A stretch of DNA of 64,000 bases from Eledone cirrhosa (taxonomy: Eukaryota). The first letter of the stretch is position 1, and each line of letters starts with the position of its first letter. The notes beneath the pieces were generated by a model, which did not search any database, was not told the origin of the DNA, and was given only the letters and a program-made list of their open reading frames with translations. Positions 52,901 through 64,000 of this stretch are shown one piece after another. Both the position numbers and the translations under genes were made by a program. The DNA lies in assembly GCA_964016885.1 (NCBI GenBank), contig OZ024744.1:98704001-98768000 (forward strand), read 5' to 3'.

Positions 52901-55309
52901 TCTTTTGTGGGAGCCTACACAAGGAAGAACTATCAGAGGATGACAAGCCAAGACAAAAAATATCAATAATCTGCAATCCACAACAAAAAGTGCCCAGTCC
53001 ACATTTCATATCAGCAGCAGCACCATTTAACGTCCATTTTTCCATGCTAGCATGGGTTAGATGAGATATACCGGTGAGACAATCCAGATCAGATAACTAT
53101 GTCTTGCTCATACAGAACTGTTTCTGGCTTGGTTTCTATTTCTGGATGCCCTTCCTAACACCAATCACATTTACGGCATGGACTGGGTGCTTTTTATCAT
53201 GGCACCGAAACAACCACTTTACAGTGTGGAGTGAACGCTGATGATAGAGTTTAGCTTAAGGAAGACCTAGTTGATATTTATAGCAGGTCTAAAAACTGTG
53301 TAGAAGTTCCTTCGTTTTCTTGATCCTTTTAAGAAATAAACTCTAGGGAAATTACACAGAAACACTATCTGTATGAAAAATAAATAATTAAGGGAGTATT
53401 AATATATTAAACATAGTGAGCCAAAACATTTCAATTAATTAAAATTACATCCGCAGTAAGGTAAGAAAAACCATTACTTCAATTAATAACTCTGGTCAAG
53501 AAAAGCAAGTGAGACAACTCCGAATTCCAATTAATGTTGTTTTGGCTCTCGTTACATTATAAAGCACTAATTATCTGAACCTTTTTGGTTTAGTTTATAG
53601 GCAAGCAGAATATTTTCACAAAATAGAAGTCTAAGCAACCAAATAGACTTCAAACGGTCTCTTATATAGGAATAATCTTTCCGAAATATAAATTATTTTT
53701 TTGGGGTGGTGGTTGTGGGTGGGGGGTTACATGGTGGTATAAACAAAAAAAAAAAATCTAGGTAAATTAAACTGGACACATCTCATGCAGCATGACTACA
53801 CAAAACAACACAAAGACAAGATTTACATTAAGGTCTTGTCTACATTAGTATAAAAGTTTATATGTAAATGTTTCGTGGGTTTACTTTAAAAACGGTATAC
53901 AAGTAGCCTTCAAAAATAGAATCAATTTTGGCGTTGAAGACACGTTTTGCAATCTACTGTTGTCTGGTTCCGTGTAATTACAGAGAAAAGGAGAATTTAT
54001 ACGATTGAAAGATAAGTTGCAACCGATAAATTAAGCATAAGCAAATTACGAATATTATACATCATTATTATTATTATGCTTCGTAGGGCGGTGGATTGGC
54101 AGTATCGGTAGAGGGTCGGATGCCATGCTTTCCAGCATAGTTACGTCCCTTTACGATCTGAGTTCAAATCCCGCCGAGGTTGACTTTGCCTTGCATCCTT
54201 ACAGGGTCGATAAAATAAAGTACCAGTAATACAATGAGTAATTGCTGGCCTTGTGCCTAAAGTAGAAACAATTATTATTATGCTTCGTGGCATAGAGTTA
54301 TGGCCATTTACATTCTGAGTTCAAATCCCGTCGAGGTTAGCTTTGCCTTTCATCCTTACGGGATCGATAAAATAAAGTACCAGTAATGCACTGGGGTTGA
54401 TATAATCGACTTCAAATTGCTGGCCTTGTACCTAAACTAGAAACAACTATTATTATTTTCCTTTTAGAAAACTCAACAGCCATATTTTACAACCCAACCA
54501 ACATCTTTATTATAATTGTTTTCTCGGTTGTTGTCTCTCTCGTTTTTTTAAAATGTTTTTTAGCACCAATTCAACCCTGATCCAACAGACCTATTTATAT
54601 AATTAAAGGCTTTGCAGCTAGAACGATCTCATATTTTATTTAAGAGTATATCTAGGACTGGGTGTAATTTAAGGGAAATGTTTGGTTGATATTTAATAGC
54701 AGCTCTAGTGACCACGTAGAGACGACTCTCATGTTGACATATCTTCGGTAATACAAAATATAAATCTAAGAATCAACCATATTTTTCTTTAAAAATATTA
54801 AATGCAGATGAAGAAGACGAAAGCTGTTAATAATAACCATGTGTCTACGTAACAAAGTAGTGTTTTATGCTAGCAAATTTCACTCCGTATTTCCACAACT
54901 ACCTGACTAATATCTTTCAGTGCAAAACAAAATATATATATTATATTATAAGAAAAACGATTTCTTATAAATGTAATCTATATGATAAAGTGAAATATAT
55001 AAAAATAGGAGTTATTTTCAATCTTCCTCTATATATTTAATATATATATGTAAATATATATCTACATATATAACCGGCCGGTTAACAAGGTTCTTGTCAG
55101 ATTCTACATTAAAATATTTTCAACCGTTAATAAATAATTTCTGTTTATTCTCGGTATCATTGTGCAAAATAATATAAAAATATATATACACATAAATGCA
55201 TCTGAAATCTATTTACCTCCGAGCCAATATAATAATATTCTCCGCCATCATCAAGCTGGAATGATTTCGGTTTCTCGCCGAAAGTCTTTGTTGCTGTGTG
55301 AGCGGCCAT
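37549..55309 (-). CDS. SMARCB1: SWI/SNF (BAF) core subunit SMARCB1/SNF5/INI1, 10 coding exons, 1119 nt, 372 aa
   Basis: Manually spliced join(55309-55217, 50786-50681, 48658-48532, 47895-47761, 44870-44743, 44423-44257, 43529-43421, 41939-41858, 37989-37858, 37588-37549) gives one uninterrupted frame, [53 protein letters not shown]...[26 protein letters not shown], which matches the known SNF5 sequence throughout. All splice phases are compatible. Confidence 0.97.
37858..37989 (-). CDS. SMARCB1: SMARCB1 exon 9 (132 nt), GC donor
   Basis: TTTCAG|[45 protein letters not shown]|GCACGT. Confidence 0.93.
41340..41478 (+). mobile_element. Short dispersed repeat with a partial inverted copy (Penelope-LTR-like)
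   Basis: CTGATGATTTCAT..ATGAAACAGTTCTA..TGTAGAAG..CTCTACCAATGTATTGA. Reverse-complement relatives lie at 46970-47066, 55984-56085 and 61451-61511. Confidence 0.5.
41858..41939 (-). CDS. SMARCB1: SMARCB1 exon 8 (82 nt)
   Basis: ATATAG|[28 protein letters not shown]|GTAAGT. Confidence 0.96.
42097..42330 (-). mobile_element. RTE-tail SINE / RTE 3' end, diverged
   Basis: Reverse complement of the CACTGTAAA...GGAAGGGCATCC...AACCC...GATGA tail at 14750-14928. Similar fragments lie at 38641-38770, 44548-44660, 47140-47300, 53010-53225 and 63295-63345. Confidence 0.7.
43030..43240 (+). mobile_element. Diverged SINE (family of 34519)
   Basis: Shared TGTGTTGTGTTCTTGAGCAAAACACTTTATTTCACATTGCTCCAG core. 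Confidence 0.65.
43421..43529 (-). CDS. SMARCB1: SMARCB1 exon 7 (109 nt)
   Basis: TTCCAG|[37 protein letters not shown]|GTGAGA. Confidence 0.96.
43617..43800. mobile_element. Tc1/pogo-type MITE
   Basis: Imperfect TIRs CAGGTAAAATTCCATTATA ... TATAATGGAATGTTACTG set in TA repeats. Confidence 0.55.
44257..44423 (-). CDS. SMARCB1: SMARCB1 exon 6 (167 nt)
   Basis: CAACAG|[55 protein letters not shown]|GTAAGC. Confidence 0.96.
44743..44870 (-). CDS. SMARCB1: SMARCB1 exon 5 (128 nt)
   Basis: TTTTAG|[43 protein letters not shown]|GTAAGC. Confidence 0.96.
44988..45165 (-). mobile_element. Diverged SINE (8236 family)
   Basis: TTTAGGCACAAGGCC...TTATTGACCCTGTAAAGATGAAAGGCAAAG...GGGATTTGAACT; another old copy lies at 46260-46395. 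Confidence 0.75.
46565..46731. mobile_element. pogo/Tc-like MITE with TA target sites
   Basis: TIRs CTATATTTCCCG..GAAGACGC / GCGTCTTC..CGGGAAATGTGG, flanked by TA; homologous (inverted) to 63495-63641. Confidence 0.7.
47468..47717 (+). mobile_element. Probable non-autonomous Helitron
   Basis: Starts A|TCTATATATAT and ends with a GC-richer segment plus CTAG|T, the canonical Helitron termini. Confidence 0.45.
47761..47895 (-). CDS. SMARCB1: SMARCB1 exon 4 (135 nt)
   Basis: TACAAAG|[46 protein letters not shown]|GTGAGT; the acceptor is AAG rather than YAG. Confidence 0.92.
48532..48658 (-). CDS. SMARCB1: SMARCB1 exon 3 (127 nt)
   Basis: CTGTAG|[43 protein letters not shown]|GTTTAA. Confidence 0.92.
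48738..49026. mobile_element. Fold-back element in SMARCB1 intron 2
   Basis: Arms 48779-48876 and 48912-49026 are imperfect reverse complements; a 16-bp direct repeat CAAATATTAAATAGAA lies at 48722-48737 and 49021-49036. Confidence 0.8.
49304..49581 (+). mobile_element. Full-length SINE interrupted by a 91-bp insert (49376-49466)
   Basis: GGGCGGTGGATTGG..GTATCGGTAGAG head; the family sequence TCT|GAGTTCAAATCC is split by foreign sequence. Confidence 0.88.
49729..49899 (-). mobile_element. SINE (8236 family), near consensus
   Basis: Reverse complement of the family sequence. Confidence 0.92.
49944..50108 (+). mobile_element. RTE 3'-tail element
   Basis: Matches 14757-14928, including AACCCATGCTAGCGTGGAA..GGAC..AAACG..GATGATGAT. 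Confidence 0.85.
50359..50639. mobile_element. TTAA-flanked MITE (piggyBac-like) with an internal ~118-bp duplication
   Basis: TTAA|CTCTTTAACATCCTGTA ... TACAGGATGTTAAGAG|TTAA; a related copy lies at 61538-62085. Confidence 0.75.
50681..50786 (-). CDS. SMARCB1: SMARCB1 exon 2 (106 nt)
   Basis: TTTTAG|[36 protein letters not shown]|GTAATT. Confidence 0.95.
51947..52360 (-). mobile_element. Degenerate RTE 3' fragment nested in a TTAACCCTTT-type MITE (about 51900-52534)
   Basis: Translates as ...[15 protein letters not shown]...ASDRTCWK. The flanks TTAACCCTTTTGTTACCATATTTCT and TTGGTAACAATTAA match the repeat that starts at 62931. Confidence 0.65.
54085..54270 (+). mobile_element. Full-length SINE with an 18-bp TSD
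   Basis: ATTATTATTATGCTTCGT at 54067-54084 and 54271-54288. Confidence 0.93.
54280..54450 (+). mobile_element. 5'-truncated SINE, related subfamily
   Basis: Same core plus an extra GGGGTTGATATAATCGACTTCA segment. Confidence 0.88.
55217..55309 (-). CDS. SMARCB1: SMARCB1 exon 1 (93 nt)
   Basis: ATG at 55309; [31 protein letters not shown]; donor GTAAAT. Confidence 0.95.
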
Positions 55310-55420
55310 TATGGTTAAACCAAATAGTTAGTGTAGCAATGAGTGACTCTTCTTCTTTACTCACACTCAGACTTAAATCCGAGTGACACTTATCATGACG
55401 TCACTCTCATGATAATTATT
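55310..55420 (-). promoter_or_regulatory. Putative SMARCB1 5'UTR / proximal promoter with a full CRE (TGACGTCA)
   Basis: TGACGTCA at 55396-55403, about 90 bp upstream of the ATG, within nested short inverted repeats. Confidence 0.5.
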
Positions 55421-55476
55421 ATTCTTGTTTGATCTACCTATTATATTCTCGTTGGAAATTTAATTAAAAAGTAGTA

Positions 55477-55550
<74 letters not shown>

Positions 55551-55798
55551 TATATGTATACCCACAAACATATATATGTATATATGTAAAATGCAAACAG
55601 AAATAACAAAGCAAACGACACAGTACAAGGGAGAAAATGGTACTTCATTTTATTCGCAAAGTTGGCTTTAAAACCATTGATGATTACATAAATAAGAAAA
55701 AGGAAGATACAAGCAAAATTAAGTAATGAGAAAAGGGGGGAGGGGTAAAGAAGAGCATTGTAGATCCAGTGTTAAATCAGGGGTTAACCACAGTAAAT

Positions 55799-55979
55799 AA
55801 TTGTTTCTACTTTTGGCACAAGGCCAGCAATTACTCAGTACATTACTGGTACTTTATTTTATCGACCACGTAAGAATGAAAGACAAAGTTAACCTCGGCG
55901 GGATTTGAACTCAGTCTGTAAAGGGACGTACCTCCATGCTGGAAAACATGGCGTACAACTCTCTACCGGTACTACCAAA
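55799..55979 (-). mobile_element. SINE (8236 family)
   Basis: Reverse complement of the family sequence, about 500 bp upstream of the SMARCB1 ATG. Confidence 0.9.
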
Positions 55980-57304
55980 TAATGTACTCAATACATTAGT
56001 AGAGTGTGAACATCATATTTAATATAGAAAGGCCTTCTACAGGACTAGAACTGTTTCATGCGTATGAAATCATCATTTTCCTAGCTTAATAAATCATAAG
56101 ATTATGGAAAATAATAAATAATAAATTTTGACGTTCTTGCTCATCTAAATAAAATTATCGGAAAATGAGGAATAAAATAAATTCTAGCGTGTGATATGCT
56201 GATATACGCGAAATATGTATATATATATATAGACAAGCAAAACTATATATATATATAATAAAGAGTCGGGTCCCGGCGGCTGAGCTCTTGCCGTTTCACT
56301 AGCTATATAGGATATAATATATATATATAGGATTTCTGTAGTTTTGTCTGTCTAATTCAGATACTACCTTGTTATATACGTACATATAAGCTAAGCAATA
56401 ATTATAAATAATTTATGTTGTGAATAAATATAAAGTATTGATGGTCCGACTAAACGAAGCTTATTTAATTCAAGTACTACCTTACTACTTTGTTATATTT
56501 CTGTTCCCTTACTAGACGAAGCTGGCAAATATAACTAAATCAACAATGGACCGATATAGGATACAACTAAATATGCCCCTCCCACAAAATACCTGACAAC
56601 GTAGGGAGTTAAATAGATAGGTAGATACTCTCGGGTCCCAAATAAGTGGGGGCGGGTGGAGAATCGGTAAATTTTCTAGATCGTCTTCGTTGATTTTATT
56701 TTTTAAAACCAGAATTAGTCGTTTAGTTTACATATTGAGACACCAACCCATCCTATTTAATTTATAGCGTATAGGATTTCTAGTCATATTCTTCTTTTGT
56801 CATGTATAATGGGTTTTTTTTTTAATGTATAAAGAAAAATAATTATCCCAGGAATGTTATTACTTAAAATAACATTTCGCTGGTGATCGATTAGCAAAAT
56901 TTAATAAAGGGCTGTGTGGAATAAGAGCGGGGGATGGTGCGATTATTCGAGCCCCGACAGTATGTAGATAGATAGATAGAAAAAAGGAGACAAATAAAAG
57001 CTTTGCATATTCCTTCCTATACGGCATACATGACAATGGGATACATAACAGAAAGATAGGTTTTTTTATTGGTCTTTGCTATGGTGTACATGAATGATAT
57101 AGTAACGTTTAGCAGTTTATATATCCACAAATCTAGTGTAGAAGACACAATTATGATAAAGAACCGAATTTTTTTTTTAATTTAAGCTTTTAGATAGAAT
57201 TATTATAATTTCATTACTTTAATAATTCTGGACGAGGGCGAAACAGAACGAGTAAACGTAATTTATTAAGTTATATTAAATATAGAAGGCTGAGTCACTA
57301 TTGT

Positions 57305-57567
57305 ATAATACATACGTACAAACATATATACATAAATACATAAATACATACATACATATATACATACGTATATACATATATACATACTACATACACCTAT
57401 ACATACACATGCATACACATACACACATATATATACAAACATACATACACACGTACATACAAATACATAAATGCATATGCATACTTACACACACATATAT
57501 ACACATACACACATACGTACATTCATACATACATGTGTGTGTTTGTGTATATATATATGTGTGTGTA
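57305..57567. repeat. Degenerate (TACA)n/(CA)n microsatellite
   Basis: Directly visible. Confidence 0.9.
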
Positions 57568-57607
57568 GGGGGGAGGTTAATTGTTTTTATTTACTATGCA
57601 TTCGTAA

Positions 57608-58493
57608 AATAATAATAATAATAATAATAATGAAATTATTGTGTAAAGTGCTCAGGTGCACTACAACTCGTCAAAGGTGTATGTATAGTACATAGAATAA
57701 TACACAAATGTCAGGGAAGTGAACAGTGTCATGGTATACATGTGTGTATGTGTATGGAGGGGGAACATTAGCTGTAGTGTTGGCGGATCTCGGGAAGCAT
57801 GGAGGCCTTAAAGGATGCAGTGTCTCGACAGCTAACAACTGATGCAGGTAGTTTGTTCCATGCTTCAGCAACTCTGAGCGTGAAAAGATGTTTCCGAAAG
57901 TCATGGGAACTGTGCTGTTTTCTGACTTTGTGGGCATGTCCACGTGTGTTAGACACATGGAAATCAAAAAGGTACTCAGGGTTGTTGTTGGCAACATGGT
58001 TAACAATTTTGTGGGTGTTTACCAAGTCAGCTGCCAGGCATCGGAGCTTCAATGAATCCATGCCCAGGGAAGCAAGGTGCTCAGAGTATGGTAGATGCCT
58101 GATGGAGGGTATTCGCTTGGTTGCACGTCTCTGAATAGTTTCCAAGTGGTCAATGTTCTGAGCAAGATAGGGGTTCCAGACTGGTGATGCAAATTCTAAG
58201 TGTGGTCGCACCATAACAATGTACAGCCTTAAATAGATATCTGGAGAGCAGCTGACAAAGGTCTTGCTGAGTGATGCTAAGACACTCTCGGCCCTCTTGA
58301 CAATTTTAGAGACATGGATTGTCCAACGCAAATCGCTGCTGACAGTAATGCCCAGGTCACGTTCACAAGAAGACTTCTTGATATTAGTGCTGTGGAAGGA
58401 GTATGTGGACGCTGGGTTTTTACTCCCAAAATGCATGGTGGTGCACTTGTCCACAGCTAGCTTGAGTTGCCAGTCTGAGATCCATTGTTGCAA
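57608..58493 (-). mobile_element. 5'-truncated CR1-group LINE with an open 241-codon RT C-terminal frame
   Basis: WQLKLAVDKC..ERDLG..VRPHLEFASPVWNPY..QRRATK..WNKLP; (TTA)n tail; same family as 17808-18589. Confidence 0.93.
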
Positions 58494-58597
58494 ATAAACA
58501 AAGAAACAACCAGTTTTTTTTTTTCAAATATTTATTGCATCAAATAAAAACATTTTTTTAATGCATAAGCCAACATGAGAACATTTTATAAAAATAG

Positions 58598-60625
<2,028 letters not shown>

Positions 60626-60626
<1 letters not shown>

Positions 60627-60751
60627 CTATATATCTATATATAAATGTATGTATATATATATATATACATATCTATATATAAATGTATGTATGTATATAT
60701 ACATATCTATATATATATCTATATATAAATGTATGTATGTATATATACATA

Positions 60752-60783
<32 letters not shown>

Positions 60784-60795
60784 AATGTATGTATG

Positions 60796-60891
<96 letters not shown>

Positions 60892-60903
60892 CATACATAC
60901 ATT

Positions 60904-60935
<32 letters not shown>

Positions 60936-61061
60936 TATGTATATATACATACATACATTTATATATAGATATATATATAGATATGTATATATACATACAT
61001 ACATTTATATATAGATATGTATATATATATATATACATACATTTATATATAGATATATAGA
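60626..61061. repeat. ~436-bp AT-rich palindrome centred on a (TA)n tract
   Basis: Plus- and minus-strand ORF translations are identical in three frames about the centre 60843/60844. Confidence 0.92.
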
Positions 61062-61064
61062 TAT

Positions 61065-61264
61065 NNNNNNNNNNNNNNNNNNNNNNNNNNNNNNNNNNNN
61101 NNNNNNNNNNNNNNNNNNNNNNNNNNNNNNNNNNNNNNNNNNNNNNNNNNNNNNNNNNNNNNNNNNNNNNNNNNNNNNNNNNNNNNNNNNNNNNNNNNNN
61201 NNNNNNNNNNNNNNNNNNNNNNNNNNNNNNNNNNNNNNNNNNNNNNNNNNNNNNNNNNNNNNNN
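61065..61264. other. Assembly gap (200 N)
   Basis: Run of N of round length, so it is probably a scaffolding placeholder. Confidence 0.99.
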
Positions 61265-61537
61265 TTTGTTCGTACTGCCTCTCTGTTTTGTTCCCGTTCA
61301 ATTTTTACTACATATATATATATACATATATATATACATTACATACACATACATATACACACGTATACACACACAAATATATATATATATATATATAAAT
61401 ACATACACATGTATATATAAGTAGATCCCTAGTAATCAGGGCTAGCACAGTGAGTAAGGTACTCAATACATTAGTAGAGTGTAAAACACAATATTTAATA
61501 TAGAAATAGCATTTGAAATTATACATATGTTTATTAA

Positions 61538-62085
61538 CTCTTAACCTCCTGTAATGATTTAGCCAAAAATATCTTAAAACAGGTTTGTTAATTAAATGTT
61601 TATAGTATCAATACTAGCGAACAGATTGTTGTAAAAATTTGCAGTTTAGAGTAAATATATTAATATTTAATGTGATAGTCATAGTGTTGTTTTGTAGTTT
61701 ACAAGAATGTCTTGCTAATATAGTTTGTTAATTCAAATATTTATAGTATCTGTTCTAGTGGACAGGTTGTTAACAAAATTTGTAGTATTAGAACAAAGAC
61801 TAATAGTTCATGTGGTACAGGATGTTAACAGTTAATGTGATACAGTCATAGTACTGTTTTGTACTTTTCAACAATGTCTTGTTAATGTGGTTTCATGTGG
61901 TACAGGATGTTAATAGTTAATGTGATACAGTCACAGTACTGTTTTGTACTTTCAAGAATGTCTTGTTAATGTGGTTTCATGTGGTACAGGATGTTAACAG
62001 CTAATGTGATACAGTCATAGTACTGTTTTGTACTTTTCAAGAATGTCTTGTTAATGTGGTTTCATGTGGTACAGGATGTTAAGAG
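61538..62085. mobile_element. TTAA-type MITE with an internal ~82-bp tandem amplification of its right end
   Basis: TTAA|CTCTTAACCTCCTGTAATGATTTAGC; TTCATGTGGTACAGGATGTTAA occurs 4 times. Confidence 0.75.
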
Positions 62086-62340
62086 ATAAGTGAAAGCCAG
62101 GCTATCTGGAACAAATAACTGACACTTGATAATTTGTATTGCTGCAGAGGTTGGCTGGTCATTGTCTGCGGGAATGCTTTGTGGTCTTGTCCGTGGAGCA
62201 CAGCTCCAATACAGCCACCGCCCTAGGCCTAGAGCTCCCCCCCACCTCATTCTTCTGTGACCCTAGAGCCTTTGTTTTTCCCTTTTCCGTTTTCTTAACC
62301 ACAAAAGACACATTTTTAACAATAAAACCCTGTATTTATA

Positions 62341-62575
62341 ATATTATATAACAATTTATATATACTTTATATATTAATATATATTATATAGCAAATTATA
62401 GATACTTTATATATTAACTATATATTATATAGCAAATTATATATACTTTATATATTAATATATATTCTATAGCAAATTATATATACTTTATATATTCATA
62501 TATATTATATAGCAAATTATATATACTTTATATATTAATATATATTATATAGCAAATTATATATACTTTATATAC
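62341..62575. repeat. 40-bp AT-rich minisatellite, about 6 copies
   Basis: ATATTATATAGCAAATTATATATACTTTATATATTAATAT repeated. Confidence 0.9.
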
Positions 62576-63360
62576 AGATATGTGAAAAATGCAATTTTAA
62601 TTTTAATTTAATTTAATCAAAAATTTAAAATATAATTTATATATTAATATATATTATATAGCAATTTATATATAATTTATATATGGATATGTGAAAAATA
62701 CCAGATATATATAATTTAATCCAATTTTTAAACTCATTAAATCGATCGTTTATGAAAGTTTTTCCTGTGACTTTCTTTTCTTAGATTAATTTCAATAAAG
62801 TGACACATCCATTCCTGGACTTCATTTCTGTTTCCTAATTATTCTAGGATAATTATACAAAAGCAACAACAACTGTAGAATAATACTGGTACACCATCAA
62901 TTTTCAGCAACTGATGGTTTGGCACCCATTTTAACCTTCTCGTTACCATATTTCTAATGAAAGACATTGTCTATGATTTTCAAATAATTTTTTTTAAATA
63001 ATCAAGAATTTAGAGGTATTTAGTATATAATTAACTTTCTCATTATTATGGTGGTGTTTGGAACATAAGGTTTTTACATAAAATTTTGCTAACTATAAAC
63101 AATGTTCCTGAGGAAGACGGTGTGATGGATTAAGGACTTCGAGACAAGAAATAGGTAGTGACATAACCACTATTAGTCAATATATCGATTTACCATGATC
63201 AATCAAACCCCTGAAACGATTGTAAATCAATGAACTAATTAACAACCTATCTTTGACTTTCATTTTATTTTCATTGTTCAATATACACACACATATCATC
63301 ATCATCACTGTTTAACATCCATTTTTCCATGCTGGCATGGGTTATAACTATAAATACTTT

Positions 63361-63482
63361 AAAACAAATATATTTTGTATAATAAAACAAGCAGTTTTGT
63401 ATAATAAAACAAGCAGTTTTGTATAATAAAACAAGCAGTTTTGTATAATAAAACAAATATATTTTGTATAATAAAACAAGCA
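63361..63482. repeat. 22-bp minisatellite, about 5 copies
   Basis: TTTTGTATAATAAAACAAGCAG repeated. Confidence 0.9.
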
Positions 63483-63494
63483 AAAGAGAAGTAA

Positions 63495-63641
63495 CCGTAT
63501 TTTCCCATGTCGAAGACGCCACTTTATTCCTAAAATAAGTCTCAAAAATCTACCATGTGTCCTGGAGGCCGAAAATTGTTTATTATTTTTTTTCAAATTT
63601 TTGGTTGACAAAATTAGGGTCTTCGGTGCTGGGAAATACGG
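63495..63641. mobile_element. pogo/Tc-like MITE
   Basis: TIRs CCGTATTTTCCCA..CGAAGAC / GTCTTCGG..TGGGAAATACGG|TA; inverted homologue of 46565-46731. Confidence 0.75.
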
Positions 63642-64000
63642 TACTTCAAATACAGTAGGAATTTCCAGTAATCCATTAAAACTAGTTCAGTAGTCTCTCA
63701 CAGACAGTGATGCATGACATTTGTAATCTGAACATCTAAGTATTGATGGCTACTACAATATCTATGATTTAGCAGGACTGAGTGGAAATCCTAGGCTATT
63801 TTGCTTAGATTTATCCTTAATTATGGCAAAATTGTTAATGGTAGTCAGAAAATTGGTCCATATAGCTGCATTAGGGGCGGGGGCAGAAGTTCACAAATTT
63901 GATAGTGGCGGTGGTGGTGGTTGTGGTGAGGTAAGGAAGAGAATTAAATCAACCCCAGGAGGATATAAAATAAAGTTTACATGGGGAGGAACATAAAGGG

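Noticed and set aside
61265-64000. Treating sequence beyond the gap as the SMARCB1 upstream region
   Set aside because: The 200-N gap has unknown true size, so adjacency is not established; no exons were recognised there.

Overview
AT-rich animal genomic DNA. The SINE and RTE families resemble those of octopod cephalopods, but that assignment is an inference. Bases 1-34324 are a single-orientation 108-bp satellite array of roughly 295 monomers, with nested higher-order duplications at offsets of 970, 2139, 2355, about 2557-2671 and 5349 bp. The array is interrupted by a young 5'-truncated RTE-type LINE, a CR1-type LINE fragment and a SINE that was duplicated along with the array. A dense cluster of transposon remnants follows at 34.3-36.9 kb. 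A complete 10-exon SMARCB1/SNF5/INI1 gene lies on the minus strand (CDS 55309 to 37549, 1119 nt, 372 aa); its last intron needs a GC donor. Upstream of the gene are a second CR1 copy, a 2.5-kb (TA)n-derived block ending in a ~436-bp palindrome, a 200-N assembly gap and further MITEs and minisatellites. I found no convincing novel multi-gene system. The best leads are the satellite architecture and possible origin, the GC/GT competing donor in SMARCB1, several long fold-back elements, and a repeat family with hammerhead-like motifs.
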